Assembly: GCF_963921235.1 (NCBI RefSeq)
Contig: NC_086097.1
Span: 3,782,001-3,846,000, forward strand
DNA: 64,000 nt
Direction: 5' to 3'
From: Mobula hypostoma
Lineage: Eukaryota
The notes below the pieces were generated by a model. That model saw only the letters and a list, made by a program, of their open reading frames with translations, was not told the origin of the DNA and made no database searches. A program made the position numbers and the translations under genes. Positions 1 through 12,815 of this stretch are shown here, piece by piece. Every line of letters starts with the position of its first letter. Within the stretch, counting starts at the first letter, position 1.

Positions 1-214
1 TTTCAATTACGTCGTGACTATTTGCTATTTCAAAAGCATAGTATTAATGCATGTGGTTGTTGGTGAAGAGAATATTCACAGTAAACATCGCTTGCTTTTA
101 TTTCCCCCAGCAATCATCATTATAGTATCTATTCAGATTCAAAGTAAAAGAGCAACAACTTAAAGATTCAATATTGTTTAACATCATTTCCCGTACACAA
201 GTGTAAAAGGAATG

Positions 215-757
215 AGTCATAGATGTGAACAGCACTGAATCAGACCATTTGGCCCTTCCAGTCCTGCCGAACCATTTGATCTGTTTACTCCCATTGACAT
301 GCACCTGAACCATAGCCCTCCAAACCCCGGCCATCCAAACCTCTCTTGTATGCTGAATTTGTGCTCGCATGCACCACTTACACTGGCAGCTCGTTCCACA
401 CTCTCAGCACCCGCTGACTGAAGAAGTTTCCCCTTATGTTCCCTATAGCCTTTCTACCTCTCGCCCTTAACCCATGACCTCTACTTGTTGTCCCAAACAA
501 CCTCAGTGGAAAAAGCCTACTTGCATTTACCCTATCTATATCCCTCTTAATGTTTTATACCTTGAACAAATTTTCTCTCAATCTTCTACATTCCAAGTCG
601 TGACCTATTCAATCTTTTCCTGTAACTCAGGTCCTCCAGACCTGGCAACATCTTTGTAAATTTTCTCTGTACTCTTTCAACCTTGTTTACATCTTTCCTG
701 TAGATGGGTGACCAGAACTGTACACAATACTCCAAATTAAGCCTCACCAACATCTTC
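215..757 (-). mobile_element. CR1 LINE 3' fragment
   Basis: ORF 586..771 has LEYCVQFWSP..RKD...ERVQRKFTKMLPG, the CR1 ORF2 C-terminal motif. The 3' UTR and tail lie towards 215. Confidence 0.85.
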
Positions 758-1165
758 TGATCACAATACAATTAATTTCAACATGAAATTTGATAGAGGG
801 AAAGCAAAGTCTGATGTAGCAGTATTTCAGTGGAGTAAGGGAAATTACAGTGGTATGAGAGAGGAGTTGGCCAAAGTAAATTGGAAGGAGATGCTGGCAG
901 GGATGTCAGCAGAGCAGCAATGGTGTGAGTTTCTGGGAAAAATGAGGAAGGTGCAGAACACATATATTCCAAAAATGAAGAAATATTCAAATGGTAAAAT
1001 AGTACAACCATGGTGACAAGGGAAGACAAACCTACTGTAAAAGCAAAAGAAAAATTAGTGGGAAGATTGAGGATTGGGAAGTTTTTAAAAACCTACAGAG
1101 AGCAACTAAAATCATTAGGAGGGAAAAGATGAAATATGAAATAGCAAATAATATCAAAGTAGATA

Positions 1166-1517
1166 GAAAGCATAGAAAACCTACAGCATAATACAGGCCC
1201 TTCGGCCCACAAAGTTGTGTCGAACATGTCCCTACCTTAGAAATTACTAGGGTTACCCACAGCCCTCTATTTTTCTAAGCTCCATGTACCTATCCAAAAG
1301 TCTCTTAAAAGACCCTATCGTATCCACCTCCACCACCATTGCCAGCAGCCCATTCCACGCACTCACCACACTCTGTGTAAAAAACTTACCCCTGACATCT
1401 CCTCTGTACCTACTCCCAAGCACCTTAAACCTGTGCCCTCTTGTGGCAGCCATTTCAGCCCTGGGAAAAAGCCTCTGACTATCCACATGATCAATGCCTC
1501 TCATCACTTTATACACT
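1166..1517 (-). mobile_element. CR1 3' end fragment nested antisense in a CR1
   Basis: ORF 1253..1516 (TRGHRFKV...FFTQSVVSAWNGL), with a ctatg-type tail at the low end. Confidence 0.85.
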
Positions 1518-2658
1518 GTAAAAGTTTTTTCCAGTATGTAAAAAATAAAAGTGAAATGAGTGTGGATATAGGACCGCTAGAAAATGAGGCAGAAGAAATA
1601 ATGATGGGGACAAGGAGATGGCAGATAAACTAAATGAGTATTTTGTATCAGTCTTCACAGTGGAAGACACTAGTAGTGTGTCAGATGTTGTAGTGTGTGA
1701 AGGTAGAGAAGTAGGTGAAGTTACTATTACAAGGGAGAAGGTGCTCAAAAGCTGAAAGACCTAAAGGTACATCAGTCACCCGGACCAGATGAACTGCATC
1801 TTAGGGTTCTGAAAGAGATAGCATTAGAGATAGGGGTGGCACTGGAAATGATCTTTCCAAAATCTTTGGACTCTGCCATGGTGCCAGAGGACTGGAAAAT
1901 GGCAAATGTCACTCCACTCTTTAAGAAAGGTGGAAGACAGCAGAAAAGAAACTATCGACCAGTTAGCCTGACCTCAGTGGTTGGGAAGATGTTAGAGTCA
2001 ATTGTTAAGGATGAGGTGATGGAGTACTTGGTGACACAGGACAAGATAGTACAAAGTCAGCATGGTTTCCTTCAGGGAAAATCCTGCCTGATGAACCTGT
2101 TGGAATCATTTGCGAAGATTACAAGTAGGATAGATAAAGGGGATGTAGTGGATGTTGTATATTTAGACTTTCAGAAGGCCTTCGACAAGGTGCAACACAT
2201 GAGACTGCTTACCAAGTTAAGAGCCCATGGTATTACAGGAAAGTTACTGGCATGGTTGGAGCATTGGCTGATTGGTAAGAGGCAGCAAGTGGGAATAAAA
2301 TCATCCTTTTCCGGTTGGCTGCCAGTGACTAATGGTGTTCCACAGGGGTCAGTGTTGGGACCACTTCTTTTTATGCCGTATAGATGATGGAATAGATGGT
2401 TTTGTTACCAAGTTTGTAGATGATACAAAGACTGGTGGAGGAGCAGGTAGTGTTGAGGAAACAGGTAAGATGCAGAAGGACTTGGACAGATTAGGAGAAT
2501 GGGCAAGAAAGTGGCAAATGAAATACAATGTTGGAAAATGCATGGTCATGCACTTTGGTAGTAGAGAAAAATGTGCAAACTATTTTCTAATCAGGGAGAA
2601 AATCCTAAATCTGAGATGCAAAGCGACTTGGGAGTCCTTGTGCAGAACACCCTGAAAG

Positions 2659-4972
2659 TATATACAAAAGTACATTCCAGTCAAAAGTAAGGACATTAAG
2701 CGTGGGGAGTGCCAGCCTTGGATAATTAAGGAAATAAAAGATAGTATCAAATTAAAAGCTCATGTGTACAAAGTCGCAAAGAGTAGTTGGAGACTGGAGG
2801 ATTGGAAAAACTTTAAAAAGCAACAGAGAACAACTAAACAAGAAATAAGGAAAGGAAAGATAGAGTATGAAAGTAAATTAGCACAAAATATAAAAACAGA
2901 TAGCAAAAGTTTTTATAAATATATAAAGCAGAAGAGGGTGGCTAAAGTCAACGTAAGTCCCTTGGAAAACAAGAAAGGGAAATTGATATTGGATGATAAG
3001 GAAATGGCTGGGGCATTGAACGACTATTTTGTGTCGGTCTTCACGGTGGAGGACACATCTAATATGCCAAAGAAGGATGTTATGGACGAAATGGGACGTG
3101 AGGATCTCGATAAAATCACTGTCACTAAAGAGATAGTGATGAGCAGGGCCTGAGGGTACATAAGTCCCCTGGTCCTGATGGGATGCACCCCAGGGTGCTG
3201 AAGGAATTGGCAAAGGTTATAGTAGACACATTGGTAATCATTTATCAAAACTCTCCAGACTCTGGGCAGGTCCCAGCAGATTGGAAGACAGCAAATGTCA
3301 TGCCACTTTTTAAAAAATGATGTAGGGAAAAGATGGGCAACTACAGGCCAGTTAGTTTAACATCTGTAGTCGGAAAAATGCTCAAAGCTGTTATTAAGGA
3401 AGAAATATTGAAACATTTAGAAAGGAGTGGTTCCATTAGACAGATGCAGCATGGATTCAGAAAGGGCAGGTCCTGTTCTTTGAAGACATAATGAGTGCAG
3501 TGGATAGAGGGGAACAGGTGGATGTCATATACTTGGATTTCCAGAATGCGTTCGATAAGGTACTGCACAAGAGACTTATACATAAGATACGGATGCATGG
3601 AGTCAGAGGAGGTGTATTGCCAAGGATAGTGGATTGGTTAACCAACAGAAGGCAAAGAGTTGGTATAAATGGGTGTTTCTCCGGTTGGCAGTCAGTGGTG
3701 AGTGGGGTGTCGCAGGGGTTGGTGCTGGGCCCGCAGCTGTTTACCATTTACATTGATGATTTGGAAGAGGGGACTGAGTGTAGTGTGGCAAAATTTGCTG
3801 ATGACATTAAACTGAGTGGAAAAGCAAATTGTACAGGGGATATAAAAGGAATTCTGCAGATGCTGGAAATTCAAGCAACACACATAAAAGTTGCTGGTGA
3901 ACACAGCAGGACAGGCAGGATCTCTAGGAAGAAGTGCAGTCGATGTTTCAGGCCGAGACCCTTCAGCAGGACTAGATGTTTCAGGACGAAGGATCTCGGC
4001 CTGAAACATCAACTGCACCTCTTCCTAGAGATGCTGCCTGGCCTGCTGCATTCACCAGCAACTTTTATGTGTGTTGCTTGTACAGGGTATATTGAGAGTC
4101 TACAGGGGGATATAGATAGGTTAAGTGAGTGGGCCAAGGTCTGGCAGATGGAATACAATACTGGTAAATGTGAGATCATCCACTTTGGAAGGAATAATAG
4201 AAGAGCAGATTATTATTTAAATGGTGAAAGATTGCAGCATGCTGTTGTGCAGAGGAACTTGGGAGTGCTTGTTCATGAATCGCAAAAAGTTGGCTTGCAG
4301 GTGCGACAGGTTATTAAGAAGGCAGGTGGAATGTTGGCTGTCATTGCTAGAGGGACTGAATTCAAGAGCAGGGAGGTCATGCTGCAACTATACAGGGTAC
4401 TAGTGAGGCCACACCTGGAGTACTATGTGCATTTCTGGTCTTCATACTTGAGGAAGGATATACTGGCTTTGGAGGCAGGGCAGAGTTCACCAGGTTGATT
4501 CCAGAGATGGAAGGGTCACATGATCGTTCAATGAGGAGAGTCACCTGGGACTATACTCTCTGGAGTTCAGAAAAATGAGAGGAGATCTTATAGACACATA
4601 CAAAATTTTGAAAGGGATAGATAAGATAGAATTAGGAAAGTTGTTTCATTTGGTAGGTGAGACTAGAACTAGGGGACATTGTCTCAAGATTCAGGGGAGA
4701 AGATTTAGGACGGAGATGAGAAGAAACTGTTCTTCCCAGAGAATGGTGAATCTGTGGAATTCTCTGCCCAGGGAAGCAGTTGAGGCTTCTTCACTAAATA
4801 TATTTAAGAAACAGTTAGATAGGTTTTTACATAGTAGGGAAACTAAGGGTTATGGGGAAAAGGCAGGTAGATGGAGCTGAGTTTATGGACAGATCAGCCA
4901 TGATCTTATTGAATGGCGGGGCAGGCTCGATGGGCTGGATGGCCTACTCCTGCTCCTATTTCTTATGTTCTT
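2659..4972 (+). mobile_element. 5'-truncated CR1 LINE nested in a CR1
   Basis: ORFs 2764..3153, 3491..4498 (YLDFQNAFDKV, KFADD) and 4575..4880. Ends in the tail cctatttcttatgttctt. Confidence 0.9.
3844..4077. mobile_element. Penelope-type short inverted pLTR insertion with degenerate hammerheads
   Basis: Two inverted copies of the gatgctgcctggcctgctg..caccagcaac motif. Flanked by ttgtacaggggatat (3829-3843) and ttgtacagggtatat (4078-4092). Confidence 0.75.
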
Positions 4973-5812
4973 AACTTGCAGGTTGAGTCGGTGGTGAGGA
5001 AGGCAATTGCAATATTTGCATTCATTTCAAGAGGTCTAGAATACAAGAGCAGGGATGAGATGCTGAGGCTTTATAAGGCAATGATGAGGCCTCACTTTGA
5101 GTACTGTGCTCCTCATCTAAGAAAAGATGTGCTGGCAGTGGAGAGGGTTCAGATGAGTTCACAAGGATATTTTCAGGAATGAAATATTTATCATATGAGG
5201 AACATTTGATGGCTCTGGGTTTGTACTCACTGGAACTGAGAAGAATGAGGGGGGATCTCATTGAAACTGTTTGAATGTTGAAAGGCCTAGACAGTGTAGA
5301 TGTGGAAAGGATGTTTCCCATGGTGGGAGAGTCGAGGACAAGAGGGCACAGCCTCAGGGTAGAGGGGTGACCATCTGTCTTTAGCCAGAGGGTAGTGAAT
5401 TTAGAACATAGAACACAGAACATAGAATAGTACAGCACAGTACAGGCCCTTCGGCCCACAATGTTGTGCCGACCCTCAAACCCTGCTTCCCATATAAGCC
5501 CCCACCTTAAATTCCTCCAATTTGTGGAATTTATTACCACAGGCAGCTGTGGAGGCCAGGTAATTGGGTGTGCTTGATAGGTTCTTGATTGGCCATGGCT
5601 ACAGGGAGAAAGCTGGGGAGTGGGGTTGAGGACGGGAGAAAAGGATCAGTCAGGACTGAATGGCAGAGCAGACTCAATGGGTCAAATGTGTGAAATGATG
5701 CACCTTGTGAGAGCTAATAAGGCTAGGACACACACGATGAATTATTGACCTCCAGGGAATAGTGAGAAACAGAGAAAGTTTGGTATACGTGTCCAAAGAT
5801 TCCAGAAGATTA

Positions 5813-6139
5813 TGTCAGGCCTGCACAGGCAGGCACCTCCCAGATTCCACACAGCTAACAGGAGTTGCCTGACACTTTGTTCCTGACTCATCACCTGTAC
5901 CCTATTTCAACCTAGATCTCAGCCACAATCCCTGTTTACCCATCGAACCATCCAGCCTCAACCAGTTGTTCCTAGCCTTCAGTTACCTATTAGTTTGTTA
6001 TTTTTAGTGTCTGTTCTCTCTTGTTTTGGGGCCCCTTATGGCTTGTTATTTTTGCTGTTTATGATTAAAGTTATCAATTACCACAAAATCATCTCCATTG
6101 CTCTACATTTGGATCAAGCCTTCTCTGCATTGCCTGACA
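5813..6139 (+). mobile_element. Short solo LTR
   Basis: TGTCAGGC...GCCTGACA termini, flanks gatta/tatta, ATTAAA signal. Homologous to 14645-14984. Confidence 0.7.
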
Positions 6140-6221
6140 TATTATAAATAGATGGTTAACAAGGCACATGGGATACATGCCTTCATTAGCTAGCACATAG
6201 AATATAAAGACAGGATGATAT

Positions 6222-6510
6222 GATCGTTCATTTATTATGTGCCATGACATATGACATGGGCGATCATGGTCTTCCTATGGCAAATTTTTCAACAGAAGTC
6301 CATTCCTGTTGCCTCCTTCTGGGCACTGTCTTTGCAAGACAGGTGACCCCAGCTATTATCAATACTTCTCAGAGATAGTCTGCCCGGTATCAGTGGTGAC
6401 TTAGCCAGAACTTGTAATATACACCAGCTGCTCATATGACCATCCACTGTTACTCACCTGCTCCCACGACTTCATGTGACCCTGATCCAGGGGGTGGATG
6501 AGGGAGGGTG
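6222..6510 (-). mobile_element. RTE/BovB-tail-like non-autonomous retroelement (SINE-like)
   Basis: Same family as 19790-20115, 39462-39855 and 52435-52800. Confidence 0.6.
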
Positions 6511-7179
6511 CAAATATCATGAAATTTGTTGTTTTGTGGCAGTAGTTCATTGCAATACATAATATTAACAACTATAATTTACTAAAAGAAATATATATAT
6601 ATATAATATTAAATTAAGTAAGTAGCGCAAAAGAGAGCAAAAAAATAGAGAGGTAGTGTTCATGGGTTCATTGTCGATCGTCCATTCAGAAATCTGATGG
6701 CAGAGGGGGAGAAGCTGTGGCTGAAATGTTGAGTGTGTGTCTTCAGGCTCCTGTACCTCATCCCTGATTGCAGAAATGAGAAGAGAGCGTGTCCTGGGTG
6801 ATTGAAGTCCTTAATGATGGTTGCCTGGATTGATGCAGGCCATCACAACCCCAACACAATTAGCACAACCCCATTGTCTTAATGATTGGCTGCTGGATAT
6901 GCAAATGATCCATAGTCACCATTTTGTAAGCCATATCTCTTAGGCTGTTACTTTAATTCACTGCTTGCCATTTACAATAAGAGCTGAAGACTGGTTGCTG
7001 CTTGAATTAATTCTCAGAACTCCAGAATACTCCTTAATAAGAAGATCAACAACAAGAATGGAAGTAGTTTTGTTTTCTCCTACTGGTTGATGACAAAATC
7101 CTCAGCATCATCTTTCATTTCACTATTTGGCAATTGTCCACAACTGATTGCTAAGCATTTTGCAACTATAAATAAACAT

Positions 7180-7640
7180 ACGACCATAAGACATGGGAGC
7201 AGAAATGGCCAGTCGGCCCAACGAGTCCGATCCACGAATCCAACATGGCTAACTTTTTATCCCTTTTATTCTCCTGCCTTTTCCCCATAACCTTTGATGC
7301 CCTGACTAATCAAGAACTTAGGAGACCTGTTTTAAACATACCCAATGACAACTCTGGCAATGAATTCCACAGATTCACCACACTCTGGCTAAAGAAATTC
7401 ATCCTCATCTCTGTTCTAAAAGGACATCTCTCTATTTAGACTTCTCCGCTATAGAAAATATCCTCTCCACATCCTCTCTACCAAGGCCTTTAAATACTTG
7501 ATGGGTTTTGATGCGATCACCACTCATTCTTCTAAACTCCAGTGATTTCAGGCCCAAAGCCATTAAACACGCTTCATAAGTTAACCCTTTCATTACTGGA
7601 ATCATTCTCGCAAACCTCCTCTGGACCCTCTCCAATGTCA
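7180..7640 (-). mobile_element. CR1 3' fragment
   Basis: LERVQRRFARMIP..KGLTYE...EFRRMSGD in ORF 7432..8001, with a tcttatggt tail. Confidence 0.85.
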
Positions 7641-10010
7641 GTCCAGGTGCCAGGGTCGGGGATGTCTCGGATCGGGTCCATGGCATTCTACAGGAGGAGG
7701 GTGAGCAGCCAGAAGCCTTTGCACACATGGACACCAATAACATAGTTAGCAAAGGTGAGGAGGTCCTGAAGAAAAGTCTTAGGGAGCTCAGCAGAAAGCT
7801 GTAAAACAGGACCACTAAGGTAGAACTCTTAGGATTGCTGCCTGTGCCACACACCAGTGAGGGTAAGAATAATATTATCAGGCAGGTGGTGCGTGGCTGA
7901 TGAACTGGTGCAGGGAGCAGGGGTTCAAATTTATGGATCACTGGGATCTCTTCCCGAATGGTACGATCTATACAAGAGGGGTGGGTTACATCTGAACCCA
8001 AGAAGGGCCGATATCCTTGCAGGCAGCTTTGTTAGAGCAGGGAGGGTTTAGACTCATTTGACAGGGGGATGGGAACTGGAGTGATAGTACTGAGAATGAG
8101 GTAGTTGGTTCACAAACAAAGGCAGTGTGAGTGAGACAGCTAGCAAGAAGAGGCTGTTGATTAGGAAAATTGCAGTCAACAGGAGGAGTTGCAATGAAAA
8201 AGGAGGACAAAATTGAAAAGGGTGACCACAGGACTGAAAGTGCTATGTTTGAATGCATGAAGTATATGGAGTAAGGTGAACTTGTAACACAGTTGCAGAT
8301 TGACATGTGTGATAAAGTAGGCATCACTGAATCATGGCTGAGAGATTATAGCTGGGCACTTAACATGCGAGGTAAAAAATGAAATCAAATCATTAGAAAG
8401 AAGAGACACAAGATCAGAAGATGTTGAATCATTTAAGCACCTGCAAAGGTTATAAGACCCTCATGGGAGTTAGTTGTATACAGACCCACAAACAGTGGTA
8501 AAAATGTGGCCTACAAATTACAATGGGAGATAGAAAATGCATGTAAAAGAGCAGTGTTAGAATAGTCATGATGAATTTCAATGTGCAGGTAGATTGGGAA
8601 AATCAGGTTGGTGCTGCATCCCAAGAGGAGGAATTTCTAGAATGTCTACGAGATGGCTTTTTAGAGCAGTTCATGGTGGAGCCCACTAAGGGATCGGCTA
8701 ATCTGGATTCGGTGTTGTCCAATGAATTGGAATTGATTAGAGAGCTTAAGGCAAAGGAACCCTTAGGGAAGGTGATCATAATGTGATAGAATTCACCCTG
8801 CAGTTTGAGAAGGAGAAACTAAAGTCAGATTTATCAGTCTTACAGTGGAGAGAAGGGAATTACAGAGGTATGAGAAAGTAGCTGCCAAAATTGCTTGGAA
8901 AAGAACACTGGCAGGGATAACAGAGCAGCGATGGCTGGAATTTCTGGGAACAATTCAGAAGGTGCAGGATATATACACCCCAAAAAGGAAGAAGTATTCT
9001 AAAGGCAGGATGGCACGTGTGGCTGACAAGGGAGGTCAAAGCCAACATAAAAGCCAAAGAAAGAGCATATAATAGAGCAAATATTAGTGGGAAGTTAGAA
9101 AATTGGAAAGCTTTTAAAAGCCAAAAGAATGCAATCAAAAAGATCATAAAGACGGAAAAGATGGAATACAAAAGTAAGCTAGCCAATAATATTAAAAAGG
9201 AATCCAAAGGTTTCTTCTGAATTGCAAAGTGTAAAAACAAGATGAGAATAGATATCGAGTTGCTGGAAAACGATGCTGGAGGGGTAGTAATTGGGGACGG
9301 TGGGGGACAGTATAAAAGCAAGGATGTAATGATGAGGCTTTATAAGGCACTGGTGAGGCCTCACCAGGAGGAGCAGTTCTGGGCCCCTTATCTAAAAAAG
9401 TATTTGCTGACATTGAAGAGGGTGCATTGGAAGTTCACAAGAATGAACCTGGGGTTGAAAGGCTTGTCAAATGAGGAACATTTGACGGATCTGGGTCTTT
9501 ACTCATTGAAATTCAGAAGAATGAGGGGTGACCTAATTAAAACCTATTGCATGTTGAATGGCCTCAATAGAGCGGATGCGGAGAGGATGTTCCCTGTGGT
9601 GGGAGAAACTATGACCTGAGGACATGGCCTCAGAATAGAGGGGCATCGTTTTGGAACGTAAATGAAGAGGAACCTCTTTAGCCAGAGAATGGTGAATCTG
9701 TGGAATTCTTTGCCACAGGCAGCTATGGAGGCCAAGTCTTCATGTATATTTAAGGCAGAGGTTGATAGACTCTTGATTTGTCAGGGCATGAAGAGATTTG
9801 GGGAAAAGGCAGGAGATTGGGGCTGAGAGGAAGATTGGATCAGCCATGATGAAGTGGTGGAGCAGACTCGATGTAATTCATTCACTGGGGTCTTTCTTCA
9901 GAGGCTAAGAATTTCAGGTTTATGTTGCATACATTCTCTGATATAAGTGGAACAATTGAGCCTCTGAAATGGCCCAATTCTGCTCCTGTATCTTTTGGCC
10001 TATGGTCTTG
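7641..10010 (+). mobile_element. Decayed CR1 (ORF1 esterase region, endonuclease, RT deleted, 3' end)
   Basis: WYDLYKRGGLHLN (ORF1), FNVQVDWENQ..FLEQFMVEPT (endonuclease), and an abrupt join at about 9305 to YKSKDVMMRLYKALVRPH. Confidence 0.85.
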
Positions 10011-10459
10011 TCTTCTAGTCCTCTCAAAATGAATACTAATATTGCATTTGCCTTCCTTACCACCGAATCAACCTGCAGAGAATACTACACAAGGACTCTC
10101 AAGTCCTTCAGCACCTCCTATTTTTTGTATTGTTTCTCCCTGTTTAGAAAATAGTCTGTGCCTTCATTCCTTCTACCAAACTGCATGACCAGACATTTTG
10201 CGACAGTCTATTCCATCTGTCACGTCTTTGCCCATTTCCAAACAGCCTAGGAATTCCTGTAGCTCTATCAGAGACAGGCAAGGTGCAGGGAGTCTGGAAG
10301 ATTACAAATATTGCAGCGCTGTGAGATAGGGGAGAACTAACCCAGTGAAATATAGCACCAGAAAACTTAACATACAACTCTTCCCCAGCTGAAAATAGTG
10401 CATCTCCGTGGGTCATTTGCCAGTGCTGAACATGTAATCTTGCCCCAAGTTTCGAGATG

Positions 10460-11800
10460 TAAATGGTTCCTGCCTCATGCAACAGGATCGCGGGTAAACA
10501 AAACTGACGAAGTGAAAACATTGTCTCGCCGCGGAGAGTTTACAGTGAAATGTCTCCTGAAACACGAGAACATGGTGACCACGGAGAGTTTACAGGAAAA
10601 AGTTCACTGGCCGTTTAACATACCGGTGTTTCTGGTTGAACTCCGAAGTCTCCATTAAACCAAAACAAAATGTTTCGATGTACTGTATATTTTAGGTGGA
10701 ATATGTGATCATCTCCCACCGGGCTATCCCGTGACCGGTTTGGCTTTCCAGAAGGATTCTGAAAACAGAAGCTGACGGAAGCCTACAGCTGTGCAGTCTG
10801 ACTCTAACCCCCTGTGACACCACCATGTAAACACCGCAACGCATCCAGCGCGCTGCGGCTCCTGGAAATGACTTTGCCGAGACAGAACAAACTTTCCCCG
10901 CTCGGTTCAGAGATTATCCTTCATTTTAAACCGCAAGTCACCAAAAATTCGAGAGAAAACCTGCGTGCATTATCTTTTCTCTAAGCCCTTTAACCAAAAC
11001 CAGCATGAGGGGGCATGAGTCCCCCGTCCTGGCTACTCTGTATTGGCTTCCTGTATCTTTCAGAATTGATTTTAAAGTTATTTTTCTTGTTTTAAAAACT
11101 CTCAATAGTCTGGGTCTGGAGTACATCTCAGAATCACTTTCGCTTTATAATCCTGCTAGAGCTCTCAAGTCTTCTCCTGCTGGTCTCTTAATTTTAAACA
11201 ATCTCCTTCAAAAGAAAATTGGCAGATCAGCTTCTTTGAACTGCGCTCTTAAACTGTGGTATTCAACTACGAGGGTTGTAGGCTCAGTTAACACTTTTAA
11301 ACGTCAGCCAGAACCTGTTTGTTTAACCTTGTTTTTAACTGACATCTTTTTGTCTTTTATTTTCTTTTTTTTCTCATTTTCATGTTTGCAATTCATCCCA
11401 TTGTAAGACACTTTGAACTACATCGTCTGTCTGAAAATACTTTATAAATAAGTTATTATTATTATTTTAGTGCCTATGGTTAAAACCGAAATCTTGTTTT
11501 TTTTTCGTTATCGTTACAATTCCACATTACCGTATCAAACGAACGCGGTAGGCGCTGCGTAAAGTTTGCAGAGATTTTAACCCGGTTCGAATGGTGACAT
11601 TACCGGCTGTCAGGGTCGCGGCGCAGTCACAACCACTTGTCTCTTGGTTCCCGCAGCGCAACGGCGGTTGGGAGCCTTTTCCCGAGTTGACGAGGTAGTG
11701 CTGCCTTGCCCGCTGTCTCTTCACTCTGTCCTCTGTGTAAGGTTAGAGAGGGGGTAAAAAGCTGTTCTATTTTTGTACAAGTGCGTGACCAACCATGAAA
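10460..11800. promoter_or_regulatory. CpG-rich unique region split by an L2 fragment; candidate promoter or enhancer
   Basis: CpG-dense non-repeat stretches at about 10460-10980 and 11480-11800. No protein recognised. Confidence 0.35.
10985..11468 (+). mobile_element. L2 LINE 3' fragment
   Basis: ORF 11005..11406 has HESPVLATLYWLPVSFRIDFK, the L2 C-terminal motif. Ends with aataaag and an (att)n tail. Confidence 0.85.
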
Positions 11801-11869
11801 AGTGAAATATGTTGGTACACCAGCCAACTGGAGCGCAATGAGAGGTATATTTAACCATCGGAAGAGCGG

Positions 11870-12315
11870 CAGCAGCCTACTTGCCATCAAGGACATATAT
11901 ATAGATAGGGCCAGTAGCATCATGAAGGGTCCCACCCACCCTGCTCATGGACTGTTTGTCCCACTCCCATCAGGGAGGAGGCTACGTAGCATCCACACCA
12001 GGACCACCAGACTCAAAAACAGTTCCTTTCCCCAAGCAGTAAGACTGATCAACACCTCCGCCCACTAACCCACCCCTCCACACCCACAACCACGAAGACT
12101 TTATCATTTCTTGTCTGTCACCGACTGTGCATAGTGTCATGCAATCAAATCAATCTATTTATATAAGCTATCTAATGTATGAATATTTATGGTTTTTTAA
12201 AATTATTGTGTTCCTTGTGTTTGTTTTTGTGCTGCATCGAATCCAGAGTAACAATTATTTTTTCCCCTTTACAGTTGTGAACTGGTCATGACATTAAACA
12301 GTCCTGAGTTTTGAA
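11870..12315 (+). mobile_element. Rex1/Babar-type LINE 3' fragment
   Basis: IMKGPTHPAHGLFVPLPSGRRLRSIHTRTTRLKNSSFPQAVRLIN. A similar copy lies at 46250-46700 (-). Confidence 0.75.
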
Positions 12316-12459
12316 TCATGAGTCCTCGCTAGGACTAGCTTGTCTATGTCTAGCCCGGCCACTGACTGAGTGGGATTTCTCTGCTCTGCTTTAGCTATCT
12401 AACCTCAAAATAGGTTCTCATTGCGATGGATTTGGTCATGATTCTTGCACTCGTTTTGA

Positions 12460-12815
12460 ATAAGGGTGTCAAATTTGCAATTCTCCTGCCCTATGGAGAG
12501 GACCCGACTATGCCTGTATCCTGATTTCTTTAAGTTACGCTGGACGTGAGGACCTGAGTTATAGGGAGGGATGACAAAGCGTGGTGAATCTGTGGAATTC
12601 CTTGCCACAGGCAGCTGTGGAGGCCAAGTTTTTATGTATATTTAAAGTAGATGTTGAGAGATTCTTGATTGGTCAGGACGTAAAAGGATACGGGGTGAAG
12701 GCAGGAGATCGGGGCTGAGAGGAAAATGGCTTCAGCCATGATGAAATGGCAGAGCAGGCTCGATGGGCCAAATGGCCTAATTCTGCTCCTATATCTTATG
12801 GTCTTTTAGTCTTAT
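12460..12815 (+). mobile_element. CR1 3' fragment
   Basis: Contains gtggtgaatctgtggaattc and the cctatatcttatggtct tail. Confidence 0.75.

Larger units (their letters stand above)
758..5690 (+). mobile_element. Decayed CR1 LINE (ORF2 tether, RT, 3' end) in pieces at about 758-1165, 1518-2658, 4973-5401 and 5519-5690, interrupted by younger inserts
   Basis: ORFs 1836..2387 ([30 protein letters not shown]) and 2332..2655 (KFVDDTK). The sequence resumes across the inserts (cagaacaccctgaaag...ttaacttgcaggttgag). Confidence 0.9.

Noticed and set aside
111..163. Possible terminal exon after ttttatttcccccag (IIIIVSIQIQSKRATT*)
   Set aside because: Too short to identify, and any upstream exons would be outside the window.
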